This document shows positions 1 to 10,812 of a DNA stretch of 47,777 bases, piece after piece. A program made the position numbers and the translations under genes. The notes beneath the pieces were generated by a model that did not search any database, was not told the DNA's origin, and worked only from the letters and a program-made list of their open reading frames with translations. This stretch comes from Octopus bimaculoides (Eukaryota): NCBI RefSeq assembly GCF_001194135.2, contig NC_068993.1, positions 18,073,732 through 18,121,508 on the forward strand, read 5' to 3'. Position 1 is the stretch's first letter. The number at the start of each line of letters is the position of its first letter.

Positions 1-70
1 TGGTATTGGTGTATGTACGTCCCCATAACTTACTGGTTCAGCAAAAGAGACTGATAGAATTAAGTACTAG

Positions 71-310
71 AATAAAGAAGGCGACAAGCTGGCAGAAACG
101 TTAGCACACCGGGTGAAATGCTTAGCGGTACTTCATCTGCCATTATGTTCTGAGTTCAAATTCCGCCGAGGTCGACTTTGCTTTTCATCCCATCAGGGTC
201 GATAAATTTAGTACCAGTCATGCACTGGGGTCGATGTAATCGACTTAATTCCTTTGTCTGTCCTTGTTTGTCCCCTCTATGTTTAGCCCCTTGTGGGCAA
301 TAAAGAAATA
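71..310 (+). mobile_element. tRNA-derived SINE (family B, Meta-domain-like core) inserted into a family A SINE
   Basis: Head GGCGACAAGCTGGCAGAA...GAGTTCAAATTCC and core GAGGTCGACTTTGCTTTTCATCCCATCAGGGTCGATAAATTTAGTACC, flanked by a 15-bp direct repeat AGAATTAAGTACTAG (56-70, 311-325). Other copies lie at about 8680-8885(-), 15385-15602(-), 24925-25130(-), 33690-33950(+) and 36907-37125(+). Confidence 0.75.
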
Positions 311-839
311 AGAATTAAGTACTAGGCTTAAAAAATAAGTCCTGGGGTCAATTTGTCTGACTAAAACCCTTCAAGACGGTGCTCCAGTATGGTCATAGTC
401 AAATGACTGAAACAAGTGAAAGAATAAAGGAATAAAAGAAATTCATTTTATTGATATTCATTCACCAGAAAAGTTGAAAAAGAAGTAAAACTACAATTAT
501 TAAATCAAAGTAACAACACCTCTTATTACCTACTGCAGCAAAAGTATATTCCTAGTATTATCCATCATATTGCAGTAGAGCAAAAACCAGAGGGACCAGC
601 TGTTCAATCCACTAAAAATTGCAGCTAAGTTACCCTCAAATCAAACGCTACAATCTTAAAAAGGAGAAAACAAAGATGAAGGAAGGACACATTTGATAAT
701 GTAGCACTATAAGAATATTTGTTTGTGCTAGATATAGTTTATATAATAATAAGACAAGTTAGTCACAGCTAGAATATATCTCCAACAAAAGTGCCATAAG
801 GATACTGCAAAAGGTCAGACAAGGGTGTTACCTATCTTA

Positions 840-1001
840 AGGAGTGGCTGTGTGGTAAGTAGCTTGCTTACCAACCACATTGTTCTGGGTTCAGTCCCAC
901 TGTGTGACACCTTGGGCAAGTGTCTTCTACAATAGCCTCAGGCCAACCAAAGCCTTGTGAGTGGATTTGGTAGACGGAAGCTGAAAGAAGTCTGTCGTTT
1001 A

Positions 1002-1044
<43 letters not shown>

Positions 1045-1255
1045 TTGTGTGTCTGTGTTTGTCCCCCCACCTTCGCTTGACAACTGACGTTGGTGTGTTT
1101 ACGTCCCCTGTAACTTGGCAGTTCGGCAAAAGAGACCGATAGAATAAGTACTAGGCTTACAAAGAATAAGTCCTGGGGTCAATTTGCTCGACTAAAGGCG
1201 GTACTCCAGCAAGGCCACAGTCAAATGACTGAAACAAGTAAAAGAGTAAAAGAGT
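840..1255 (+). mobile_element. tRNA-derived SINE (family A, CORE-like) with internal (TA)n/(TG)n tract and (GTAAAAGA)n-type tail
   Basis: Pol III A/B-box-like head GGAGTGGCTGTGTGGTAAG...GGGTTCAGTCCCA, then TTGGGCAAGTGTCTTCTAC, ending GAAACAAGTAAAAGAGTAAAAGAG. Highly similar copies recur across the window. Confidence 0.85.
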
Positions 1256-1575
1256 ATATGATGATGAAATTATAGAAACATAGAACTGTTTGATTAAGGT
1301 TGAGCTGGAGTTAATAACACTACGAAGATACTATAACCTGTCTAGACTAATTTAACTGTATTATTTACTATTCTACCTTCACAAGATTCTTTATTAGCGG
1401 CTTAGCAATAATTAAAAATCAATTTACATTAATTCATAATAATTGTGGTTGTTAAATTTGACTTATACAAAAGGCCACCCATTCGAGAGTAAATGATTTA
1501 TTGATTGAAATCAGTCTTGAGTATATATGAATATATATATACATACATATCTATATCTATCTATCTATCTATCTA

Positions 1576-1622
<47 letters not shown>

Positions 1623-1711
1623 TAATATTAGGGATAAAAATCCAAATTTACAGGTAAAAATTCAATTAAAATTAAATTAAGTTTCACAGTATAAAATATA
1701 TATATATATAT

Positions 1712-1790
1712 ATAGTTTTAGGGAAAAGAACCAAGGTGACAGTGGATTTTCATCGATGAGTTCATGAACCTTGGTTCTTTTCCCTAAAAC

Positions 1791-1793
<3 letters not shown>
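1712..1793. repeat. Perfect 26-bp inverted repeat with 30-nt spacer
   Basis: ATAGTTTTAGGGAAAAGAACCAAGGT (1712-1737) and its reverse complement (1768-1793), between (TA)n tracts. Confidence 0.9.
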
Positions 1794-1844
<51 letters not shown>

Positions 1845-2047
1845 TACATATTTAATATTTTGGACAAATGGGTATATGTTGATCAGTGTGTTGAAGTGTT
1901 GAGTAGAGCACTGGCACAGTTTGTGCTACCTGGTGTCATCTGCAGTTGGGGTATAGTTCTGTTGTATCTACTTCAGGAGTGTTAGTTGAGATAATGATAA
2001 TAATTTCTTAAGTAACCAGAAGATGAATTTGGTATTAATCTTTATTT

Positions 2048-2153
2048 TGTACAATGATCGTTTCAACCCATCCTGCTCCTGTCCCTTATGGGTGGGACTC
2101 TATTCAACATGTTGTGTTGCATCCATTTTGCAGTCTGGGTCTCATCAGGTACA
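2048..2153 (-). ncRNA. Decayed minimal type-I hammerhead ribozyme motif with long loop II
   Basis: Minus strand reads UGUAC-CUGAUGA-GACCCA-[65 nt]-UGGGUU-GAAA-CGAUCAU-U-GUACA. Stem I (5 bp) and stem II (6 bp) both pair. Three CpG-type transitions separate it from an ideal GGGUCGAAACGAUCGUC core. Confidence 0.7.
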
Positions 2154-2329
2154 TCCATACATAAAGTTGGGTCCCGCTAAAGATCCTGAGTTTTGGCTGT
2201 CATGTTTGTTACATGCCTGTCTAGTTAGGGAATGAAACATTGCTACAATTTCTAATTAGTATTATCTTTCTATAATAAGAATTGCAAACAACTGTAAGTA
2301 TAGGCAAATAACTGTTGATAAAAAAATTA

Positions 2330-3110
2330 AAAAACTAACTCATTGAACATGGAGCACCACATTCATAGCATTAACAATCGAAAACTAAGGCAGCATGGAA
2401 AATAGGCTCTCAAAAATTGACAGAGACATATAACAACACTAGAGACAGTGTAAATAGCAACCACATAATGCATCACAGTAACAATGACTTGAACAATAAC
2501 ACTAACCAACAAAGAAAAAAAACTGCAACACCTTTACTAACCAACCAATATGGTAGCCACAAACAACAACATAAACACATCCAGAAATAATAAAAATAAT
2601 AATAGGGTAGCCACAAGCACAAATGTACATATAACCAACTGGACAGGTACTGGTTACACCCATACAAACAAAAACTGACAATCTATGCTCATACAGGGGT
2701 CGTTTGAAATGTCCTCCTGGTAACCAATGCAAAACCTGAAATGTCGTGTACAAATGCTATGTAAATACTAGAGGAGGTTCAAACATATATATTAGTGTAT
2801 TGGCTGACATTTTCAAAAATAGATATAGAAACCACATTGCTAGCTTTCAAAATATCCTTAAATGGCACACATCACTGGCTGATTTCATCTGGCAACTCAA
2901 GGAAGAGAAGATTAAATACAACCTGACCTAGTCAATAATTAGACACATGAGTCCCTACAACACACTATCCTGGAAATGCCAGTTATGTTCCAAGGAACCA
3001 CTGTCAATATTGTTGACAAAAGAACAAATTATAAATAGATTTGCTGAACAACTGCTCAGATGCGTGCATACAGCTAAACATCTGTTCACACAGTACAATG
3101 CAAACTACAC
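2330..3110 (+). mobile_element. Penelope-like element fossil (3' part, GIY-YIG endonuclease)
   Basis: Translation around ORF 2746-2931: KCPPGNQCKT*NVVYKCYVNTRGGSNIYISVLADIFKNRYRNHIASF...TSLADFIWQLKEEKIKYNLT*SIIRHMSPYNTLSWKCQLC...INRFAEQLLRCVHTAKHLF. This follows the PLE pattern CPLxGxC..VVY..YIG..FKxRYxNH..LSxYIWxLK..W.I....PY....C.LC..LN.R.E....CRH. It contains in-frame stops. Confidence 0.8.
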
Positions 3111-4198
3111 CTAACTGATACAAACCATAACCCCGACAACTCGGATTAACCCATCCCCTGAGTGGAAACCTCATGAACTGCAACCATGGAGCCTATACTA
3201 AGGAAGTACCAGATGAGAACACCACATATATTTAGGTACGTTCGCATAGGACACTTGCAGAACACAACAGTAAGTAACTAGCGCATAACCTTTTCAAAAA
3301 ACATAATAGACTAATTAACTAAAGAGATATCAAATTTGCTTTATTGTGTTGACCAGGCTCAGATACAATTATATTCATATATGTTCCTACATAATATCTT
3401 CGGAATGCAACCGTGAGTCACTAAAGTAAGCAAACTAAAAGGCACTAGAGCATAGCCTGTAAACTAACGTAACAGATGAATTATCTAAGGAGGCTAAAAT
3501 ATGCCTTTCTATATCTTTGCACTTCTGTGCAGATATTGATGTCCTATAGAAGTTCGGATATGTAACCTTACAATGCAGCTGTATATTAATAATAATGATA
3601 ATATGTGCCGAAAATTAGTTACTGCTTGAAAAACTAATGAGATGCAGGAATGTGTTTGTGCATGTGTGCGCATGGGTGTATGTAGATATACATATACATG
3701 TGTCTGTGTGTGAGGAGGGTGCGGCAGGGCATGTGTGGGTGTATGCGTACACGCATGTATGTGCATGTATGTGGCTTGCACATGCATATGTGCAGGTGTT
3801 GATATGCCTATGTACATGTGGATATATATACATATGCGCATGAATATATACATGTATGTATGCGAGTGTGTATCTATATATATATATATATATATATATA
3901 TNNNNNNNNNNNNNNNNNNNNNNNNNNNNNNNNNNNNNNNNNNNNNNNNNNNNNNNNNNNNNNNNNNNNNNNNNNNNNNNNNNNNNNNNNNNNNNNNNNN
4001 NNNNNNNNNNNNNNNNNNNNNNNNNNNNNNNNNNNNNNNNNNNNNNNNNNNNNNNNNNNNNNNNNNNNNNNNNNNNNNNNNNNNNNNNNNNNNNNNNNNN
4101 NNNNNNNNGGGAAGTGAGAGTGAGTGTGATGCATCACTCTCACTTCCTACTATAACTCTCCACTTATGGATATAATAATCAATTCCTTTACTATTTCT

Positions 4199-4247
4199 GT
4201 CTCCGATGAAGGGATGCATTGGATCTTCCCTGAAACAGCTGTAAGAC
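4199..4247 (+). ncRNA. Minimal type-I hammerhead ribozyme motif (one core substitution)
   Basis: GUCU-CCGAUGA-AGGGA-ugcauuggauc-u-UCCCU-GAAA-CAGCUGU-A-AGAC. Stem I is GUCU/AGAC, stem II is AGGGA/UCCCU, and stem III is the palindrome ACAGCUGU. The core reads CCGAUGA instead of CUGAUGA. Confidence 0.7.
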
Positions 4248-4444
4248 TCTATCCATAAAATATATTTCCAACTCTACCATTGCTCTCTTTATCCTTCTAT
4301 ATATTTATACATACACACGCTAATACATGACTTATAATCCCCAATCCTGTTCATACAACGACTGGGGCATAACTAGTCGGTATACAGCACTTACTCGGTA
4401 TTACTTGTATCTTTTGGGTTTGGTTAAATTCAATACCCTCCTCA

Positions 4445-4485
<41 letters not shown>

Positions 4486-4724
4486 CCACATATATACACA
4501 TACATATATACACATACATATATACATACACACATATATATATATGCACACACACACACACAGATATATATATATATAAATATATGTTTATGTATGGGTA
4601 TAAGTGTACATCTGCATGTATATAAAAATATATGTATGTAGGTGGGTATGTGTAAGTGCATGTATGCATTTGTGCATGTATATATAGCCACAGGGGTGTG
4701 TGATTCACCCTTGGTGATATAGAT

Positions 4725-6493
4725 GTAGAGTCCCCGGTCCATCAGGAATCACTGCTGAGATGCTTAAAATATCTGGTGGTGTGGGTTATGGTCTAGTCAC
4801 CTGTATTGTAAATCAGGTGGTCCATGAAGGAATCATACCCAATGACTGGTGCAGCAGTACCATAGTTAACTGCTACAAAGGTAAAGGTGATGCCTTAGTA
4901 ATAATTAGAGGTATCAAATTGTTGGATCAGGTAATGAAAGTTATGGAGAGAGTTATAGTTCAACTAATTAAGGAGAGAGTTAGCCTAGATGAGATGCAGT
5001 TTGGTTTTGTGCCAGAGAGAAGCACTACTAATGCTATATTTCTGGTTAGACAGTTGCAGGAGAAATTCCTAGCCAAAGATAAACCTCTGTACTTGGCTTT
5101 TGTTGACATGGAGAAAGCCTTTGACAGGGTCTCCTGATCCCATATCTGGCAGTCATTGTGGAAACTAAGGATAGAAGAGTGATTGGTGAGAGCTGTTCAA
5201 GCTATGTACAGGGATACTAGGTGAGGGTTGGCAATGAGTATAGTGAAGAATTCAGGGTACAAGTAGGGGTTCACTTAGGCTCAGTGCTTAATCCCTTCTT
5301 GTTAATCACAGTCCTCCAGAAAATAATACAGGAATTTAAGACAGGCTGCCCCTGGGAGCCCCTCTATGCAGATGATCTTGCTCTTATAGCTAAATCACTA
5401 CAAGAACTATAGAAGAAGTTCCAGGTATGGAAGCAAGGCCTAGAATCGAAGGGCCTTAAAGTTAACTTGGCCAAAATCAAAATCTTAGTAAGTAGGAAGG
5501 CAGACAAATCACAAATCTCTTCAAGTAAATGACCCTGCTTGATCTATCGAATAGGTGTAGGTAGAGACTCCATAAAATGCACCCAGTGTAAGCTTTGGAC
5601 ACATAAATGATGTAGCAATGTCAGAGAAATGTTAACAGGGAAACTAGCTTTTGTATGTGGAAGATATACAGGTACAATAAACACTGAAAATGTGCAGAAA
5701 ATAGACCCCATCAACTGCCAGGGAGGTAAGCTAGAGGTTTTAGATAGCTTCTGTTTTCTAGGTGACCAAGTTAGTAGTGGAGGTGGATGCTCTGAGAGCA
5801 TAGCTGTGAGAATAAGATTAAGATGGGCGAAGTTCAGAGAGCTCCTACCTCTGCTGGCAACAAAGGATCTCTCTCTCAGAGTGAAAGGCAGATTGTATGA
5901 TGCCTGTGTGTGAACAGCCATGCTACATGGCAGTGAAACATGGGCTGTGACTGCCGAGGACATGTGTAGGCTTGAAGAAATGAAGCTTTACTGGATGTGC
6001 AATGACAGTGTGCATGTTCAACAGAGTGTAAGCATCTTCAGAGAAAAGTTAGGCACAAGAGGCATCAGATGTGGTGTGCAACAGAGACGACTGTGCTGGT
6101 ATGGCCATGTGATGCATATGGACGATGGCAGCTGTGTGAAGAAGTGCCGATCTCTAACTGTGGAGGAAACCTGTGGTAGAGGTAGACCCCAAAAGACATG
6201 GGACGAGGTGGTGAAGCATGAACTTTGAACTTTGAGCCTCATAGAGGCAATGACTAATGACTGCAAAATCACAGTTGTATGGCAGATACTGGTGTCATGC
6301 AAATGGCACCCATGCTGGTAGCATGTAAAAGCACCCATTACACTCCCAGAGTGGTTAATGTTAGGAAGGGCATCCAACTGTAGGAAACCATGCCAAATCA
6401 GACTGGAGTCTAATGCAGCCTTCCAGCTTACCAGCCCTGGTCAAACCATCCAATCCATGCCAGCATGGACAACAGACATTAAATGATGATGAT
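4725..6493 (+). mobile_element. RTE-clade LINE, 5'-truncated, degenerate reverse transcriptase plus 3' UTR
   Basis: ORFs 4760-5137 (QFGFVPERSTTNAIFLVRQLQEKF...AFVDMEKAFDRV), 5221-5412 (YADD at 5365-5376), 5629-5913 (FCFLGDQVSSGGGC..IRLRWAKFREL) and 5920-6228 (MLHGSETWA..RLCWYGHVMH..GRGRPQKTW). Multiple stops and frameshifts; ends in (ATG)n. Confidence 0.95.
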
Positions 6494-6618
6494 TTTTCTT
6501 GTTGTGAGTTTATAATTTTGTGATAATCAATGTTATGTAAATAAAATGAAAGATTATCGTATCTCTTTATAAACAGTTTTTCTCATCATTAGAGTGGTGC
6601 ATTACTTTTGCACCACCC

Positions 6619-6686
<68 letters not shown>

Positions 6687-6706
6687 AATATATATATACA
6701 TAAATA

Positions 6707-6927
6707 CACGAGGGGATGCTGAAAAGTTCTTGGCTTCGAGTAAAAGAAAATACAGGAGAATCAGTTAATCATGATTTTATTCAATGTATTACCCTCCCGG
6801 ATTCATACACTTATTACAGTGGTTCTTCAGTTTTTTCTAATCCCTGTAAAAAAACTTGGAAAGTTGAGCCTCCAATGAGCCTTTTGTGATGCCCTTAAAG
6901 ACAGGACCTTTTTAGTATCCCCATGTA
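6707..6927. mobile_element. Mariner/Tc1-type MITE
   Basis: Ends GAGGGGATGCTGAAAAGTTC and TTTTTAGTATCCCCATG|TA. A related copy in opposite orientation lies at 20494-20714. Confidence 0.6.
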
Positions 6928-7239
6928 TAGTAAAATTGACAAAAAGAGCATAGTGAATTTGCTGTGGGGAGCAGAAAACCCAATGATTCAGACAGAGAAA
7001 AATAGACAGGAGAGAAATTTAAGTGGGGCAGCAGTATTTTACATCCTTAAGTTAGAAAAAAAATGGCTGCAATAAAGAGGAAGTAAAATTCAACTGTCTC
7101 TCTTTAATTTTGCTCCAGTTAACTTTTCATGGAAACAGGACTCTGAATCATTTAATTTTCAACTTTCAGTGCCTAGTTAACTATGTTTTTGTTGATTTTT
7201 TTGGGAGTGTGCTTGGTCATAGTGCTTATTTTAATCCAT

Positions 7240-7820
7240 AACCTTGCAGAATTGGTCCCTAGAGCAGTGGAAGAATGTTATTTTCTCAGACGAGTCATCC
7301 TTTACCTTATTTTTGACCACTGGCCAAGTATACATGTGGAGACAGCCAAAAGAAGCATTTGACTGAAACTACCTTCTTCCAACTGTTAAACATGGAAGAA
7401 GATTTGTAATGATCTAGGGGTTGCTATATCTTGGAAATCCACTGGCCCAATGGTTTCTCTTCATGGTAGAATTAATAGTCAAGACTATTTAAGCATTTTA
7501 TCTGAATGGCACGAGGAACATTCGAGTGAAGTTGAACATTATCTGGCCACTACAGTCCCCAGATCTCAATATTGAACATTTATGGTGCATTTTAGAAAAA
7601 CAAGTAAGGAGTCGATATCCTCCACCATCATCACTACAAGAACTGGAGACTGTTTTAGCTGAAGAATGGACAAAAATTCCTTTGGAAACGATTCAAACTT
7701 TGTACAAGTCCATACCTCATAGAATTCAAGCTGCAATTACTGCTCTAGGCCGTCCTACCCCATATTAAAATAAATTTGTTTGAAATTTTAGGGTGTTTCC
7801 ATTATTTTGTCCAACCCTTG
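7240..7820 (+). mobile_element. Tc1-like transposase remnant with right TIR
   Basis: Reads WSLEQWKNVIFSDESSF...PTVKHG, then ORF 7526-7768 WPLQSPDLNIEHLWCILEKQV...LQELETVLAEEWTKIPLETIQTLYKSIPHRIQAAITALGRPTPY. Right end is GGTGTTTCCATTATTTTGTCCAACCCTTG followed by TA. Confidence 0.9.
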
Positions 7821-8140
7821 TATATATATACATTTATAGACACACATACACAGACATATATATACACACACACACACATATATACACACACACACACATA
7901 TATACACACACACACACACATATATACACACACACACACACACACANNNNNNNNNNATTAGTTTAACGCTCGGGAAGTGAGAAAGTCTTTTACGCTCTTC
8001 GACAGAAAGGAACACAGAAATAAACAGGGAGAGAAAATAGAAAAAGGGATAGTGGCTACCAATCTATCATGGCAAATAGAGAGAGAGAGAGAAAGAGAGA
8101 AAGAAAGAAAGAGAGAGAGAGGATGTGTATTAGTACAAAC

Positions 8141-8408
8141 CAAAAGAATCTATTGTCTGTATCGCATTGTTGAAATTGCCTCTGTGCACATAAACTCAGG
8201 TCCCAAAGATAATTCGTTGTGGACCAAGAGAAATAGAATGTTCCTGAACTGAGTAGTTTGCGCATTTCATTGATTTTCTCTTCTTCGGCATGATGGCTCT
8301 GTAGAGGTATGAAGTTGGTGGCTGTGATACGAAACACTTCTGATTCCATGATTTTGTTGACTGACACACATGATGTAACAATTCCAAGATAGAGGCTGGT
8401 ACTTTCAC
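8141..8408 (-). CDS. SYNJ1: Synaptojanin (SYNJ1-like) coding exon, 268 nt, Sac1 phosphatase domain
   Basis: Within ORF 8056-8430(-): GESTSLYLGIVTSCVSVNKIMESEVFRITATNFIPL...EEKINEMRKLLSSGTFYFSWS...WDLSLCAQRQFQQCDTDNRFFW. This matches synaptojanin [30 protein letters not shown]...RKVLNSGNFYFAWS...TDNRFFW. Acceptor is TTTTCACAG|G; donor is TTTG|GTTTGT; phase 1 in, phase 2 out. Confidence 0.95.
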
Positions 8409-10221
8409 CTGTGAAAATGAAGCAACACAAGATTGTAAGAAGAATATTTACTGTTCAAGATTGAAATTTAAATTGCACAAAAATTTGTTCCTCTCAGTAT
8501 TGGTTATCAACATCATTATTAATAAACTTGGAAACCATGATTTTTTAATCTTGATTTTAAACAATAGAAGATAAGTGCCATTTTACTTGCTTAGTTGTAC
8601 ATGGCATCATCATAGTATTGGTTAAGTTGATTCAAACAAATATTTTTAATACTTTTAATAAATATCAAAATATTGATTTCAAATTTTGGCTCATGGCCAG
8701 TAATTTAGAAGGATGTAAGTCAATATCATCGACCCCAGTGCTCAACTGGTACTAATTTTATTGACTCCAAAAGGATAAATGGCAAAGTCAATCTCAGTGG
8801 AATTGGAACTCAGAATGTAGAGATTGATGAAATGCTGCTAAGCATCTCACCTGATGTGCTAACAATACTGCCAGCTCATTGCCTTAATAAATATCAAACT
8901 ATTAGAAAATGAATATTATGATATTGATTAGATATTATAGTAATTAGTAAATATTATATTTGATATATTTTAAAACTTTTATCTATAAATGTTTAAATTT
9001 CTGGTGAATATTTTCACTCAAATTTCTATATACTCTCAAAGTCATCCTGAGATTTCATAAGTACAAGTAAAACTATACTTCACTGAAAAGGTCTAATCAG
9101 ACTGAAACATGTTCAGAGCTATCACTCTTTTTAGCTAAAGGTCAGATCCACTCCTCAATACACATCTCGATTCAGTTTTAACCAATTTGGTTTTGAAGTT
9201 GTCTCCCTTGCTTTCACCAACACCACCCTTTTTTATATTTTATTTGTTTCAGTCATTGGACTGTGGCCATGATGGGGCACCACCTCGACAGGTCTTAGTC
9301 GAACAAATTACCCCCACCCCACCCCAGTGCTTATTTTTTTTTAAAGTCTGTTATTTAATCTATTGATCTCTTTTGCTGGACTCCTAAGTTATGGGGACAT
9401 AAACAAACAGTTGGGGAAGACACACACACACATACACCTACCAAATACTTTCACAAGGCTTTAAGAGGTCCGAGGCTTTATTAGAAAATAATTGCCCAAG
9501 GGACCATGCAGTGGGATTGAACCTAAAACCACTGTGGTTGGGAAGCAAGCTTCTTACCACACAGCCATGCCTGCACCTTTCATTGACAGGGATTATTGTT
9601 AAAACTGATGGTTTGTCTCTTCATAACAGAAGTAATTTTAATTCATTAAGCATTATTCTTAACTCACTACATTAAGTACATTAAACCCCATTTAACTATA
9701 TGTTCTTCATGCAGAAAGCATCGTTGGGAAATGTTCACAATGTGACTAAATTTCTAGCGCTTGATTTAAATAGTCCATTCCAAATAGTCCAGTTTAAATG
9801 TTGCATAAAATACTCTCTAAATTGTGATCTTTTCTCTTTTTTTACGGTAGAGTGTATGTTAAACTGGCACTCCATCAATTGCGATGATGAGGGTTCCAGT
9901 TTATCCTATCAATGGCACAGCCTGCTCATGAAATTAATGTGCATGTGGCTGAGAACTCCACAGACACGTGTACTCTTAACATACTTCTCTGGGAGATTCA
10001 GCATGACACAGAGTGTGACATGGCCGGCCCTTTGAAATACAGGTACTACTCATTTTTGCCAGCTGAGTGGACTGGAGCAGTGTAAAATAAAGTGTCTTGC
10101 TCAAGGACACAACACCTCACCAGGAACTGAACTCATGACCTTGCAATCATGAGCCAAATAACCTAACCACTAAGTCATGTGCCTTCACATTATAGTGTAT
10201 GTAAAGCTACATTATCTCATG

Positions 10222-10812
10222 CAGTGGTTCTCAACCAGAGGACCATGTAAGAGTTTGTTGTTAAAGTTTATGTGCAATAAATTGGTTATGTACTCCCTAC
10301 AATATGCAGAATATTTCAACAATTTTGTTTATACAATTTCTAGTAATATTTAATAATAGAAATATAACCAATGGAACAGCCTGCTCGTGAAATTAATGTG
10401 CTTGTGGTTGAGCACTCCACAGACACATGTACCCTTAATGTAGTACACAGGGAGATTCAGCATGACACAGAGTGTGACAAGACTGCCCTTTGAAATGCAA
10501 GTACTACTCTGGTGTCAGCCAACTGGCACCATGCCAGTGGCATGTAAAAGCACCCATTACACTCTCAGAGTGGTTGATGTTAGGAAGGACATCCAGCTGT
10601 AGAAACCATGCGAAATTAGACTGGAGTCTGGTGCAGACCCTCAGCTTACCAGCCCTGGTCAAACTGTCTAACCCATGCCAGCATGGACAACAGGCATTAA
10701 ATGATGATAATGATGATGTGATTTTTTAAACATTGAAAGGCTTTTAGAGTCCACTTGAGTAAAATAAGAAGCAAAAGTGGGGTCCATAGGAAAAAAATGG
10801 TTGAGAACTATT
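10222..10812. mobile_element. hAT-type MITE (CAGTGGTTCTCAAC ends) with nested SINE and RTE-tail fragments
   Basis: Left end CAGTGGTTCTCAACC, right end GGTTGAGAACTATTG. A related element with an inserted SINE and a gap lies at 17285-18287. Confidence 0.6.

Noticed and set aside
3158-3255. Possible hammerhead relics just 3' of the Penelope ORF (CCTGAGTGGAAACCTCATGAACTGC; GTACCAGATGAGAAC)
   Set aside because: Several indels are needed to build a core, so they are not supportable.
3509-4219. Long ORFs spanning N-runs (also 17429-18283, 18874-20036, 21211-21772, 22095-23096, 46256-46654)
   Set aside because: They stay open only because N codons are not stops.
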